Positions 39,144 through 52,000 of a stretch of 64,000 nt of DNA are shown piece after piece. Position 1 is the stretch's first letter, and every line of letters begins with the position of its first letter. Position numbers and translations under genes: made by a program. Source of the stretch: Octopus sinensis (taxonomy: Eukaryota); assembly GCF_006345805.1 (NCBI RefSeq), contig NC_043013.1, forward strand, positions 28,396,001 to 28,460,000, read 5' to 3'. The notes beneath the pieces are model-generated. The model ran no database searches. It saw nothing but the letters and a program-made list of their open reading frames with translations, and was not told where the DNA came from.

Positions 39144-39297
39144 GACAGGCTTCTTTCAGTTTCCATCTACCAAATCCACTTACAAGGCTTTGGTTGGCCT
39201 ATAGTAGAAGACACTTGCCCAAGGTGCCACGCAGTGGGACTGAACCTGGAACCATGTGGTTAGTAAGCAAGCTACTTACCACACAGCCACTCCCACA
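38863..39297 (-). mobile_element. SINE family A, full length
   Basis: Colinear with other copies. Confidence 0.85.
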
Positions 39298-39778
39298 CCT
39301 AATGATTATGTCACATTGTTTACATGAGATTATGGTTGGTCACTGTTGTCACTTCTGGTTTCTATTACAATTTACTTTTATTTTTTTAGGATAATTTACT
39401 TTCACTTTTTTTACAATGGTAAATTGCATGTTAACCGTATTTTCTCTATCTTGTACTTTTGCATATGTGTTTGGATTTTTGTTATGTATATGACTGCATC
39501 TTTGTTTTAAAAATCATTCCCAATGCATGATTTATTATAAAGAGTTGTTTGTTCACAAACACACCCTGGTTATCACTATTTCTAGATATTTATATTCTAC
39601 AGATGTATTATCATGTGCTGGAACTGAATTATTTATTAGGAGGTACTTCCTTTCTTGGTGGTCCTTGATAGCATTCTCCATCTGATAAGCCTTGATCTTG
39701 ATTAACCTGAACTGGCATCACAAATTTTCTTTCTTCACACAAGAATGGGAGGTTAAGAATGCTCATGGTTATCAAAAA

Positions 39779-39816
<38 letters not shown>

Positions 39817-39844
39817 CTTGCACATTATTATTAGTATCATTACG

Positions 39845-40025
39845 AAAGCAGCAAACTGGCAAAATGCTTAGCAACCTTTCTTCCAAATTTATGTTGAGTT
39901 CAAATGCTACCAAGATCGACTTTGCCTTTCAGGGTCGATAAAATAAGTACCAGTTGAGCAACTGGGTCGATGTAATTAACTTGCACCCTCCCACAAGGTT
40001 GCTGCCTTTGTGCCAAAATTTCAAA
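39845..40025 (+). mobile_element. SINE family C ending in (ATT)n
   Basis: Family C core, then an (ATT)n tract shared with the 3' end of the adjacent R4/Dong relic. Confidence 0.75.
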
Positions 40026-40028
40026 ACA

Positions 40029-40059
<31 letters not shown>

Positions 40060-40076
40060 CATTATTATTATTCTGT

Positions 40077-40620
40077 AGTCTTATTTTTATCACATGCTTT
40101 CTCTTTACTACCGAGTGCAGCTCTGTATACATTGGGTATGTACTGTGGTTTGTTGTAGTGCTCTTATTTTCATTGTATACATAGGATCTGTGCAGTGCCT
40201 AGTAGTTCTATTTTCTGCATGTTATATATACTTGTTAGTCCTTATGTTTTTGTTATATATTTGTCTGAATATTTTTTTTTTATCATACCTAATGTACCTA
40301 CTATAGGAATTGTTTCTGTTTTTAGACTCCACATTCAAGTTACCTCTATTTCCAGGTCTTTGTATTTTGATAGTTTCTCCATTTCTTTTAGAGAAACATT
40401 GTCATCTGTTGATAGTCATACATCGACTAGAAAGCATTTTTTTTCTTGTTGATGTCTGACGACTATATCTGGCATATTAGCCTTAATTTCTCTCTCTCAC
40501 TGTATTGGCATATCCCAGAGTATGGTTGCTTTCTCATTTTCCGTGACCTTTTCTGGTGTGTGCCTATACCATCTTTTTTCTGTTGTTATTCCATAGTGTT
40601 GGCATAATATTGCAAAGTCT
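40077..40620 (-). mobile_element. R4/Dong-clade non-LTR retrotransposon 3' relic (restriction-like endonuclease domain)
   Basis: Translation LCQHYGITTEKRWYRHTPEKVTENEKATILWDMPIQ*EREIKANMPDIVV...KCFLVDV...KEMEKLSKYKDLEIEV...IPIVGTLG; ends in (AAT)n. Confidence 0.8.
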
Positions 40621-40645
40621 GTTTTTTAGTTTTTTTCTAACTTAT

Positions 40646-40866
40646 CCCTTTCATTACCAACCTGGCTGAAACTGTCTCTGGCACTGTAGTACAAATGTCT
40701 TGTTTTCATAAGTTCTGTATTAAAATCTTCCACCAAACCTTAGTCACAATTTATGTTCCTAACACTAGCTTAATGATAATTAAGTTATTTTACTAAATTC
40801 TTTGTTACATTTAAAATTAATTGAAAGAAATACAGAGCATCTCAACAGAAATATGGTAACAAAAGG
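40646..40866. mobile_element. piggyBac-like MITE
   Basis: CCCTTTCATTACC ... GGTAACAAAAGG TTAA; same family as 16975-17192. Confidence 0.75.
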
Positions 40867-40968
40867 TTAAAATAGATAATAGAGAAACAGTTGTAATTTA
40901 CTAGTCCCCTCCTCCCAAATTTCAGGCCTTGTGTCTATAGTAGAAAGGATTATTACTATTATCATTAC

Positions 40969-41036
<68 letters not shown>

Positions 41037-41471
41037 TATTGTTGCAATAATAATAATGATGTCTAATCTAGGCACAAGGTCAGCAATTTTGAAGAGAGGG
41101 GAGTCAGTTGATATCACTGACCCCCCCCCCCCAGTACTTAACTGGTACCTTATTTTCTTGACCACCAAAAGAATAAAAGGTAAAGTTGACCTTGATGGGA
41201 TTTGAACTTGGAACAGAAAGAGCTGGAAGAAATAGGATAGAGCACTTATTTTGATACCCTAATAACTCTGCAAAGATAATACTCTCAGAAAAGATAATGA
41301 TGAGCACTAATGGAGCATTTGGATGTTCCACAATTCTTAGATGTTGTCTTATTTTCAGTGATATATTTACAGATCTTCTTGACATTGTTTCATTATGTTA
41401 AAGATTTTCATTGTGTCTTTGATTTCCTTCCATAGTCAAGGTTGTATAATTTATGTCAGAAATTTCAATTA

Positions 41472-41792
41472 CAGTGGAACTTCGGTTTACAAATTTAATT
41501 CAATGCTGAAGGCTGTTTATAATCCGAATGTTCATAAACTGAAACTATTTTTCCTATCAGAAATTCAAGAGAAGGCATGATGAATTCAAGCATGGATGTG
41601 TACTGAGCAAAAATTAGACAGCAACAGATACTCTCCTGCTGGGACTCTCAGCTTGTTGCTAACTGTTGTTGCTGGCTTGCATCTTTATCAACCATGATAT
41701 TCTTCATCACCTGAGATGTTTTGTGTATGAAAAAATTGTTTGTAAACCAATTTGTTTGTGACAGGAGGTGTTCATAAACTGAAGTTCCACTG
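41472..41792. mobile_element. Tigger/pogo-like MITE
   Basis: TIRs cagtggaacttcggtttacaaa / ttcataaactgaagttccactg, with TA at the left flank. Confidence 0.7.
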
Positions 41793-42819
41793 TGTATCTT
41801 TAATTTCCTCAAATGTGATATGAAGGAAATTTTGGATGTTGCTTCTAACAGCTCAAGCACCCATTTATTAGGTGTTACTCAAACAACTAATGGGAATCAG
41901 AAATTGTTTATAAACCAATTTGTTCATAATGAGAGGCTTTTGTAAACTGAGGTTCCGTTACATGTCTTTAGTTTCCTTCCTCAGTTAAGCTTGTTAAAAG
42001 TGTAACACTTAGACATGTGAGAAATAGTATAATGTTAGGGACATATATATATATATATGTATATATATTTGAGGCAAGGCAGGAGCTTCTTCATGATTAC
42101 TTGACCTGCTCGAAAATAATAGCCAAATCTCCATCAATTCATATGCTATTGGATTTAAAATAGTTCATGTTTTATAATAAAATAATCCTCAATATAACAT
42201 GACTGAAGGGAATATTGAGATGAGATATAGCATGGCAAGATACTGAGGTATGCTGTGGCATGATACTGAAGTATGGTCTTACTGTTATTTAGCCCTGAGT
42301 AAAACTTACTTGGACAGACCTATGATCACATGCATTCCAGCTGGGACCATCTTGTTTTGTATTTATAAAATAATAGATCATCAGTTTGGGCAATGAGTAT
42401 TTAATTGTTTGCTCATCTAAACTACCTGCTCACTGACTTTACACCTAAGTGGTTGAGTACTCCACGGACATGGGTACCCTTAATGTAATTTAGGGTGCAA
42501 TCCCATGACATAGACTGGAGCTTACAATTCCAGGTTTAATCCTTCTTGTAGGCCTCCATACAGTTTCTGACTCTCCAGTTTCTCTCACAAGGTTTGGGTT
42601 AACTCAAGACACTTTCCCCACGATGCTACACAGTGAGATTGAACCTGGGACATCATTATTGCTGAGCAAACTTCTAAATCATTTGACCATACTGCATTCT
42701 CGTATATTTTCTGTATCTAAGACTGCATCAGCCGACATGCTTTTATTAGGTTAGGATGGTATGCTACTGTTTGAGTGAATCTGGCTGCTATTTCTAGCAG
42801 GCTGAGTGACTGTATAGAG

Positions 42820-43337
42820 CAATGGTTCTCAATGGGGTCCATATGACACTTGAGGACCCATATAAGAATTTGTTGTTAGAGTTTATGTGAAATAAATTGG
42901 TTATATTTCTACAATATGTAAAATATTAAAAATTTTTATATACAATTTCTAATAATATTCATTAATAGGATTTTAATAATATTTCTATTATTTACAACTT
43001 TAGCCAAAAGTTGCTCGACAGTAAATCAAAATTCCATAAATACCATCTGTAATTCCGTTTTGCTTGAATGGAAAAATGTGTCGCTCAAGGACTTCAGTTT
43101 GAACAATTTCCATGATGTTTCATATTTAGATGCTTTTATTAAATTCATTCAGTTATTATACATAAATAAATCTGGGAAATAAATTTTGATTTACTGATCA
43201 GGTGACTTTTGGCCAACCCTGTATAAATAATATATCACATTTATAAATAGGATTTTGTTAAACATTGAATGGTTATGAAAGTCTATCTGAATAAAATAGG
43301 AACCAAAGGGGCCAGAAGGCTAAAAAAACCAGTTGAG
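42820..43337. mobile_element. Degenerate hAT-like MITE with a probable nested mariner-like MITE (~42992-43223)
   Basis: Left end caatggttctcaa; internal right TIR cttttggccaaccctgta; internal segment shared with 21430-21480. Confidence 0.4.
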
Positions 43338-45124
43338 GGTCATTGAGATAGAGGCTCCCTTGTTGGCCAGGATACTGAGATATAACATGGCTTGTGTAAT
43401 ACTGAGATCATGGTATAACACGGCATGGTGTGACAGTGAAGTACAGCAAACTGTATTGTTGTATTACATTTATTTCATTGATTGCAATGGAAATACACAG
43501 AATGTTGTTATTACAAAATGTGATATGCAATACCATTGCTAAAGAACTATCATATTTGAAAAGCTATGAATTTTCATTGATTTTTATTAAATTAATTAAA
43601 CTAAAAAGTTTTAATTGGATTTGGAATAAATTGCGATATTAATTGTTACTATTTTGAATTTTATTATATTATGCTCGTCCCTGGTGTCAATGCAAATTGC
43701 TATGCTGAATAATGCTTTTAATTTGGTTGGGTTGGAGCATGGTTGGACAAGTTTATGATGGCGGAGTAAAGGAAGAAGAGAGCTGATTGTGTGTAGGAAT
43801 CACTGTTTATTGGAAAATAACTGAGCTCTAAGTGAAAAGGGTTCAAAACCGAAGTGGTAGGGGGATTTTCCTGTCTAATGATAACGATAAATACATTTTG
43901 GTCTCAGTTTCCAGTTTAAAAAACAAATAGACACAAATAGATAAAAATTTCTGGCATAAGGTCAGAAATGTGACGAAAGATTTAATTGAATAAATTTTTC
44001 CCTGGTATATGACTGGTATTTTATTTTACCAGCCCTGGAGGAAAGAAGACAGTGGATCTCTTCAGTTATAATCACAGATTTTAAAATTATTTTTTTTTAA
44101 CTAAACAGTTTGAAACTTCGTATACTGATGTAATTTCTTATGCTGAACACGGTTTACTTTCAACATTTTTGACAAAGGAGTTGTATATAGAAGATACCTT
44201 ATTTTTTTTTACTTATTTCAGTCATTAGACTGAAGCACAACCTTGAAGAGTTTTTAGCCAAATGAATCAACCCTGGTACTTTTTCTTTTTTCTTTTTTTA
44301 AGCTTAGTACTTATTCTATCAGTCTCTTTTGCTGAACTCCATCTGACACACCCAACTCCCTTCTCATCACCTGTTCTGAGTGATACTTCTCAGATCTCAC
44401 ACTAACCATTTTCCCCAGGCATCTCAATCCTTCCACACCAGGGTGCCAACTCTCTAGAAATTTTTCCTTTCCATGCCTCCACCATCACCATCACCACTAG
44501 CAGCAGCAGCCACAGATGTCAACTCAGCAGTGTTCAAACTCAACATTGTTTCAATCTCACCAGTTTCTGAGTGGGTAGTGGTGGAATTGGGTGGGTAGTG
44601 AAGGAAGGGGTGGGGGAGGAGGCATCTGAGTTGGTCACAAACTCTGTCCCTTCTGTTCTTGCCAGCTAAGTGAAACCATAAAACATCTTTCTTTTATCTG
44701 TTACTTGTTTCAGTCACTGGACAGCAGCCACGCTACAGGAATGCCTTTGAGGGTTCAATCGAACAAATTGACCCCTATTTTTATTTTAAATTATTCTATC
44801 AGTGTCTGATTTAAAGTTGCAGGAACGTAAACAAACCAACACTGATTATTAAGTGGTGGTGGGGTTAAAAGCAAACACAATGACACACACATACTCCTAC
44901 ATATGTATGCACACACACACACTTTGGTAGGAATTACATATTTTATTATTTAGTAACAGTTTGATTTGGTTCTGTACAACTTAATTTTGTATGCTCATTG
45001 TTCAAACCTAGCTCATCAGGCCTAGGTGACTGAATTGCCTAAATCTGATGAGCTTGTAAGTTGCATGGAGCTGAATCAAACTGCTATTAAATAATAATAA
45101 TAATAATAAGAAGAAGAAGAAGAA

Positions 45125-45773
45125 TAGACAACACAACAGAAAGTGATAAGTACAGAATCTCTGGACAAAATGGTGAAACCATATGGCATATTACTAGCCA
45201 AAGTATACCACTAGCCCAGAAGGAATATATGAGATGCCATGACAATATAGCCAGGCTTGTCTATTGGACACTTTGCAACAAGTATGGACTTGACAGAGAA
45301 AAAAAGTGGTACAACCACAAATCCGAAGGCATCATCAAAAATGATAATGCAAAGATCTTGCGGGATTTTATAATTCAGTGTGACCATGAGATTGAGAATA
45401 GGAAGCCAGACATAGTCTTACTTGAGAAAGGAAACAAACTATGCTGGATCATAGATATAACATGCCCAGCTAACAACAAGGTATGCAATAAGGAAGAAAG
45501 AAAAGTCGAGAGATATGACAGGTTAGCTTGGAAAGTTAAGCAGTTGTGGTTGATGAAAAAGGTAGCAGTAGTACCAACAATTGTTGGAGCCCTGGGAACA
45601 CTGAGCAAAAGTATGTGGAACAAATAGGGGCTGCAATAAGGGTGGAAGAAAACAGCACTGCTTGGAACCGCCTGAATACTCCTGCTCGAAAAATAAGAGG
45701 TGTTACCTTAGTTCATTGGTAGTGAACACCTGACACCATAGTAGATCTCCAGCATTAAAAGTTGTGCAAAGGC

Positions 45774-45775
<2 letters not shown>
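45125..45775 (+). mobile_element. 5'-truncated R4/Dong-clade element (degenerate CCHC plus PD-(D/E)xK endonuclease), flanked by TAA repeats
   Basis: ORF 45229-45627: HDNIARLVYW..C.KYGL...WYNH...NDNAKILRDF.IQCDHEIENRKPDIVLLEK...IIDITCP...KEERKVERY..L...PTIVGALG. (AAT)n on both sides. Confidence 0.88.
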
Positions 45776-45805
<30 letters not shown>

Positions 45806-45952
45806 TAATAATAATAATGTGCTAAGAACAATATTAAGAACAATACTAGAACAATACTTTGAGCAAAACCAAAAATATGGCACCCTAGCCATAACAGCAA
45901 CTTGAACTTGTTTTCTCTTGAGGTCTCTGGGAGAAACTTGGGGGGTCAACAT

Positions 45953-46002
<50 letters not shown>

Positions 46003-46003
<1 letters not shown>

Positions 46004-46897
46004 TATTTCTTTACTACCCACAACGGGCTGAACATAGAGGGGACAAACAAGGACAGACAAAGGGATTAAGTCGATTACATCGACCCCAGTTGGAAACTGG
46101 TACTTTATTTATCGACCCCGAAAGGATGAAAGGAAAAGTCGACCTCGGTGGAATTTGAACTCAGAACGTAACGACAGACGAAATACGGCTACGCATTTCG
46201 CCCGGCATGCTAACGTTTCTGCCAGCTCGCCGAATCCTTTCTAATAAAGGCACAAGACTTGAAATTTTGGGGAAGGGGACTAGTCGATTATATCAACACC
46301 AGTGCTTAATTTATAGACCCTGAAAGGATGAAAAGCAAAGTCAAGCTCGGCGGAATTTGAACTCAGAACATAAAGACGGACAAAATGCTGCTAAGAATTT
46401 TGCCTAGCATACTAACGATTCTGCCAGCTCAATAATAATATTATTATTTTATAAAAACTGATGTAACTCTTCACGAACGCAAATAGATAATAAGGAAAGC
46501 GCAATGTGATTTGTAATGGATTGTTTGTCTAATAGATTGAACAATATTTCGACAGATCATCTCTCTTCTTTATTTTACAACTTGAATCTGAAGAAGACAG
46601 ACAATCTGTTGAAATATCATTCAAACTGTTAAATAAACAATCTATTACACATTGCATCATTCTCTTCTTATTGCCTAATGATAATAATAATAATCTTTTC
46701 TGCTATAGGAATGAAGCCTGAAATTTGGGGGAAGGGATTAAGTTGATCATATCGACCCCAGTGCGTAACTGGTACTTATTTCATCGACCCCCAAAAAGAT
46801 GAACGGCAAAGTCGACCTCAGTGGAATTTGGACAAAATACCACTAAGTATTTCACTGGCATGCTAACTAATCTGCCCCCTCACTACCTTTATAATAA

Positions 46898-46935
<38 letters not shown>

Positions 46936-47155
46936 ATAATAATAATAATAATCGTTTCTAATCTAGGCACAAAGCCCAAAATTTTGGGGGAGGGGGTCAG
47001 TCGATTAGATCATCCCTCAGTATGCAACTGGTACTTAATTTATCGACCCTGAAAGGATGAAAGGCAAAGTTGATCTTGACGGAATTTGAACTCAGAACAT
47101 AAAGATAGACAAAATGCGACTAAGCATTTTCCCTGGCATTCTGATGATTCTGCCT
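46003..47155 (-). mobile_element. Four tandem family C SINEs (46003-46232, 46238-46430, 46695-46880, 46955-47155) in TAA/TAG microsatellite
   Basis: Repeated tcgacccc(g)aaaggatgaaaggcaaagtcgacctc..gaatttgaactcagaac core. Confidence 0.85.
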
Positions 47156-47177
47156 TAATAGTAGTAGTAATAATAAC

Positions 47178-47530
47178 AAGGGCATTCAGGAAGTGCAAAT
47201 CTCCAGCAAGGCAACACCAATGTCCTCTCAATGATTAGCCAGAGATGATTTTTAGAATGTCAATATCTGAAATAAACTCAAACGCTCTCACAAACGAAAA
47301 TACTAAAAAATGAACCCGGCTGCTCTCAAAAATTAAGTAAAAAAATAGGAAAAATAATCCAGAATCCTTGTCCAGTACTGGATTGATCTCAAATCAGTTC
47401 GTGCCAGTCACAATGCCAAACATCCCTAAAAGTTTCATCTAAATCCCTCCAGCAGTTCTTGAGATATATTGTCCACAGACAAACAAACAAATACAACTAA
47501 AAACAATACCTCTGCCTTTGCTAAGGCAGA

Positions 47531-47535
<5 letters not shown>
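47178..47535 (+). mobile_element. Family E HINE-like element (copy 3)
   Basis: Ends acctctgcctttgctaaggcagaggtaa; TAA repeats on both sides. Confidence 0.6.
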
Positions 47536-47575
<40 letters not shown>

Positions 47576-48245
47576 CATAATTTATGATCGGCTGGTACAT
47601 TGTTCTCATAACAGACTTGCCTAGGGTGCGACACGGTGGGAATCACACAATCATGCTTGCACCTATAGCCATGCTTGTGTCTATGTATGTATATATATAT
47701 ATATATATATATATGCATAAAACAAAACAGTGTTCAGTCAATCAATCAATGATGTAGATATAATCTGGGAAGATCAATGTCTTCATAAATCGATAGCTGT
47801 AGTTTTTAAGTGTATTGTTTGTTGGACAAGCTTATTTGTAGACAGATAAATGATGACTAAGATGTGAGTTGATGAAATGAAAAATAATACAAATACAGAT
47901 AAACGAAGAAGATGTTACTCATATGTAGTATGATACCATTATATATATATATATAAACAACAATAAAAGAACGAACAACCAAAGATTGATGATGACAAAG
48001 GCATTAGTATTAGTGGGAGAGATTTCAGTAGTCAGTCACATTAGGAAACACTTGAATGGGTTCTGGAGCATATGTAAGTTGGTGATATCATCATAAAAAC
48101 CATAAATGAGGATATTATTAGGCTTCTGGAGTTCAGTGATGCAAGTTATCTACTTATTTAAAACATTAACTTAATAAAAACAAAAACAATAAACAAACAA
48201 CAAACAGCAACAAAAAGACATACATTGATGCACACAAATATATGA

Positions 48246-48368
<123 letters not shown>

Positions 48369-48383
48369 ATATATACATATATA

Positions 48384-48426
<43 letters not shown>

Positions 48427-48481
48427 CTGAATGAAAATAAAAGCAAGTTGATTTATATAACCAACAAAACAGAATAAGTGA

Positions 48482-48720
48482 GTGGTGATAAACGCAGGTT
48501 TAATTACTGGTGAACAGTGTGTTTCACAACATAAACTAGTGATTTATGAGATAACATTGCCCATAGTAAAGGAAAGTAGAAAGCAGATAATGGGTAAAGG
48601 CTTTTGTGTGTGTGTGTGTGTGCATGTGTGGTGGAGGGAAGTATGGAATCTGGGTTGTGATACAATGCAAATACTCAACAGGAGAAAGGTATGGAAGCTA
48701 GAAAAAGCTTATCTAAAAGC
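48482..48720 (+). mobile_element. Possible LINE AP-endonuclease C-terminal relic
   Basis: Translation LITGEQCVSQHKLVIYEI...RRKVWKL resembles RTE-type VIPGEECV.QHRL(V/L) and RR..WKL motifs; interrupted by a TG repeat. Confidence 0.4.
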
Positions 48721-49665
48721 TTTGTTCCTGGATAATACGTACGTACATACAATAATGGAAGCTTAAAATAACACTATGTCTCACATTTCTATATGTTTAT
48801 TAGAATGAAGTCTATTACAAGCTTGCAAATAAATCATGTTTGGAGACAGATGGTTAAAAAGCAACTCTGAATCTATCTTCTCCAAATAACTGAGATCTAT
48901 AGGCTCATTGCTCATCTTAGGCTTCCATAGCGTTAAGCTGATGAAAGATAAATATTCCTCTGGGTTAACTGTTGGTTTATCACAACTAGCTTTTCCCTTG
49001 GTAGGAATTGCACATTGATGTGCATTCAAATGAAGTACTTGATCTGTTTTAGGTCAATACTGTTGATCTCATTGGCTGACCTATCTCATCTTGTGGTGTC
49101 TCTCTAGAGCTTGTTGGACTGAGTAATTGATACTTCAGTGCTCAAACCATGGTTATGGGGAGGAATTAGTGACAGGACATCGATCACTGACCCCTATCAG
49201 CTGGTTCTCCAGTAAGATAAAAGTTTTCTGATTTACCACATACAACAGTTTGTAACATATATAAAGCACAGGTGTGCCTTAGAAGCAGGCATGGCTGTGT
49301 GGTTAAGAAGCTTGCTTCTCAACAATGAGGTCTTTGGGTCAGTTGTACTGTGCAGCACCCTAGGCAAGTGTCTTCCCTTATAACCCCAGGCTAACCAAAG
49401 CCTTGTGAGAAGATTTGATTGATGAAAGAAGCCTGCTATATGTGTGTGTGTGTATGTACAACCTTCCCTGGAAGCAGGTATGAGTTGGCCAGAAGAAGGG
49501 TGTCCAGCCATAGAAAAATCTGATATATCAAATTCCATCTGAGCTATCCGAGCATGGAAAGTGGACATTAAAACAGTGATGATGATGATAATGATGATAA
49601 TGGCGAACAGTTTGGAACATAGATTGGAGCATAGGCTTAGAAACAGAAGCTGTTGTCATTGTTTA

Positions 49666-50034
49666 TTACTTCTGCCTTAGTGAAGGCGGAGGTATTGTTT
49701 ACAGTCGTGTTTGTTTGTTTGTTTGTCTGTGGACAAGATATCTCAAGAACTGCTGGATGGATTCGGATGAAACTTTTAGGGATGTTTGGCCTCATGACTG
49801 GCACAGACTGATTAGATTTTGGGATCAATCCAGTACTGGACAAGGATTCTGGATCATTTTCTTGTTTTTTTTTTACTTAATTTTTGAGAGTGGTTGCGTT
49901 CATTTTTAGTATTCTCATTTGTAAGAGCAGTTGAGTTTATTTCAGATTTTCTCATTTTAAAAATCATCTCCGGCTAATCGTTGAGAGGACATTGGTGTTG
50001 CCTTGGCAGAGGTTTGTGCTCTCTGAGTGCTCTT
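49666..50034 (-). mobile_element. Family E HINE-like element (copy 4)
   Basis: Colinear with copy 1; terminal hairpin ttacttctgccttagtgaaggcggaggta. Confidence 0.6.
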
Positions 50035-50066
50035 GTTTAACAGGATCTTTAACAAGACTATGTTCA

Positions 50067-50648
50067 GATGGTGCTTTTTACGTGCCACCAACACAAGGAT
50101 CCACTCAAGTGGCACTAGCAATGACTGATGCATGAATGGTACCTATTGCATGCCACTGGCATGGGGAGCCAGTTAGGCATCATTAGCAACGACCCATGCA
50201 TGAATGGTACTTATTGTGTGCCACCAGCATGGGAGCCAGTCAGGCAGCACTGGCATTGGCCACAACTACAATTTCTATTTGATTTTGATTTAGATTTTGA
50301 TTAATGTTAAAATATTCTGTTTCTTAAAATTCCATAGTCTTCCTGTGAAGATTTACTGTGAGCTGTTGGGAAAGTAAGAGACATTAAAGAAAGACTCATG
50401 TCATTTAATACGTAAAGTGCGATGGGCCATGATTATGGCCCTGATAGATGCATTTAATTTGTGGGCGTTTGTTGGGGTCTAATGTCACTCAAGTGCCCCG
50501 ATACCCCCCAGAATGCAGGAGGACTAATCGTTCAACTAATGACTTGCTCCCCATGCCAGTGGCATGCAATAGGTACCATTCATGCATCAGTCATTGCTAG
50601 TGCCACTTGAGTGGATCCCTGTGTTGGTGGCACGTAAAAAGCACCATC
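50067..50648. repeat. Inverted repeat with 103-bp arms (50067-50169 / 50546-50648), one mismatch, 376-bp spacer
   Basis: Direct base-by-base comparison of arm 1 with the reverse complement of arm 2. Confidence 0.9.
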
Positions 50649-51639
50649 AACAGATGATGTAAAACTTGCCACCATTATATACTAAGAAGACATTTTAACT
50701 ATTTTTTTGTTTTTTATGTGTGCATGGTTGTCTCATTTTCATAAAATGTACTCAGCAGTCCATGCTATGTGAGTGCAAATCCCAGCGCTTTATGGGTTAA
50801 GTAAAACTTTTGGATCTAAAGCAAATTAAGAACCAGCTGATTTCCTGTTATTATTCAGTGGGCATCTGAAAATAATAATATATATTTTAATCAATTAAGA
50901 GAATTAAGTAATCAAAAGTAAAGATTTTCAATTATCTAAGAAATTTGCTTCCTAGCCGCTTGGTTTCAGGTTCAACTTTACTGTACAGCACCATGGGCAA
51001 CAATCTTGGGTCAATTAATGCCTTGGATTTGGTAGATGGGAAACTGTGTGGAAGCCTGTCATGTGTATGTGTGTGTGAGTCTGTCTGTTTTTGTCTCCTC
51101 ACTACCACTTGATATTCGGTTGGTTTGTTTACATCCCCTGTAACTTAGTGGTTCAGCAAAAGAGACCAATAGAATAAGTACCAGACATAAAGAAAAAGTA
51201 CTGGGGTTGATCTGGCTGTGCGGTTTAGAAGCTTGCTTTTCAACCACACTGTTTTTGGTTCAGTCCCACCGCACAGCACCTTGGGTGAATGTCTTGTGCT
51301 GTAGCACTGGGCTGACCAATGCCATGTGAATGAATTTGGTGGATGGAAACTGTGTTGAAACTTGTCATGTGTGTGTGTGTGTATGTGTGTGTCCCTTCAC
51401 CACTGCTTGACAATTGGTATTGGTTTGTTTACATCCCTGTAACTTAGTGGTTTGGCAAAAGAGGCTGGCTGGATGAGTACCAAACTTAAAAAGGAAAAAA
51501 GTAAAAAGTACCAGGGGTGATCTTCAAAGCAGTGCTCCAGCCTGGCTGCGGTCCATTGAATGAAACAAGTAAAAGACAAAAAAATACAAAATAAAGTGAC
51601 CACTTCAGACCAAATTAGATTTGTTGGCTAAAACGATGT

Positions 51640-52000
51640 AGTCAGGCTGACCATTTGTTCTTGGATCAGTATTACTACCAAGTTGTAATACAGAAATATT
51701 TTATGTTTCTCAAAAATAGCAGTTCCATTTTCCAATGTTGCCTGGAATCTTTATTGGAAGAGAATTAATGATATATAATTAATTATTTATCAGGATTACA
51801 TCCTCGTCTTTCCAGCAACCCAAAATGAATTGAAGACTCAAGAAAATGCAATTATTGCTCGACTAAAAGGCACCAATGTATCAATTAATCCAACTAAATT
51901 CATTTATCATGTCTCCTTCATAGATTTCCTTGGAATAAATATATTTCAAAAGGATTAGATCAGGCTCATCATAAAACCTATTTGGAGACATAACTGAACC
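51640..52000 (+). mobile_element. Highly degenerate Ty3/Gypsy reverse transcriptase fragment
   Basis: LKNSSSIFQCCLESLL (cf. GLKNAPAxFQR), then after a frameshift DYILVF.....IIARLKGTNVSINPTKF......IDFLG (cf. DDILI...RL....L.IN..KC....I.FLG). Confidence 0.5.
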
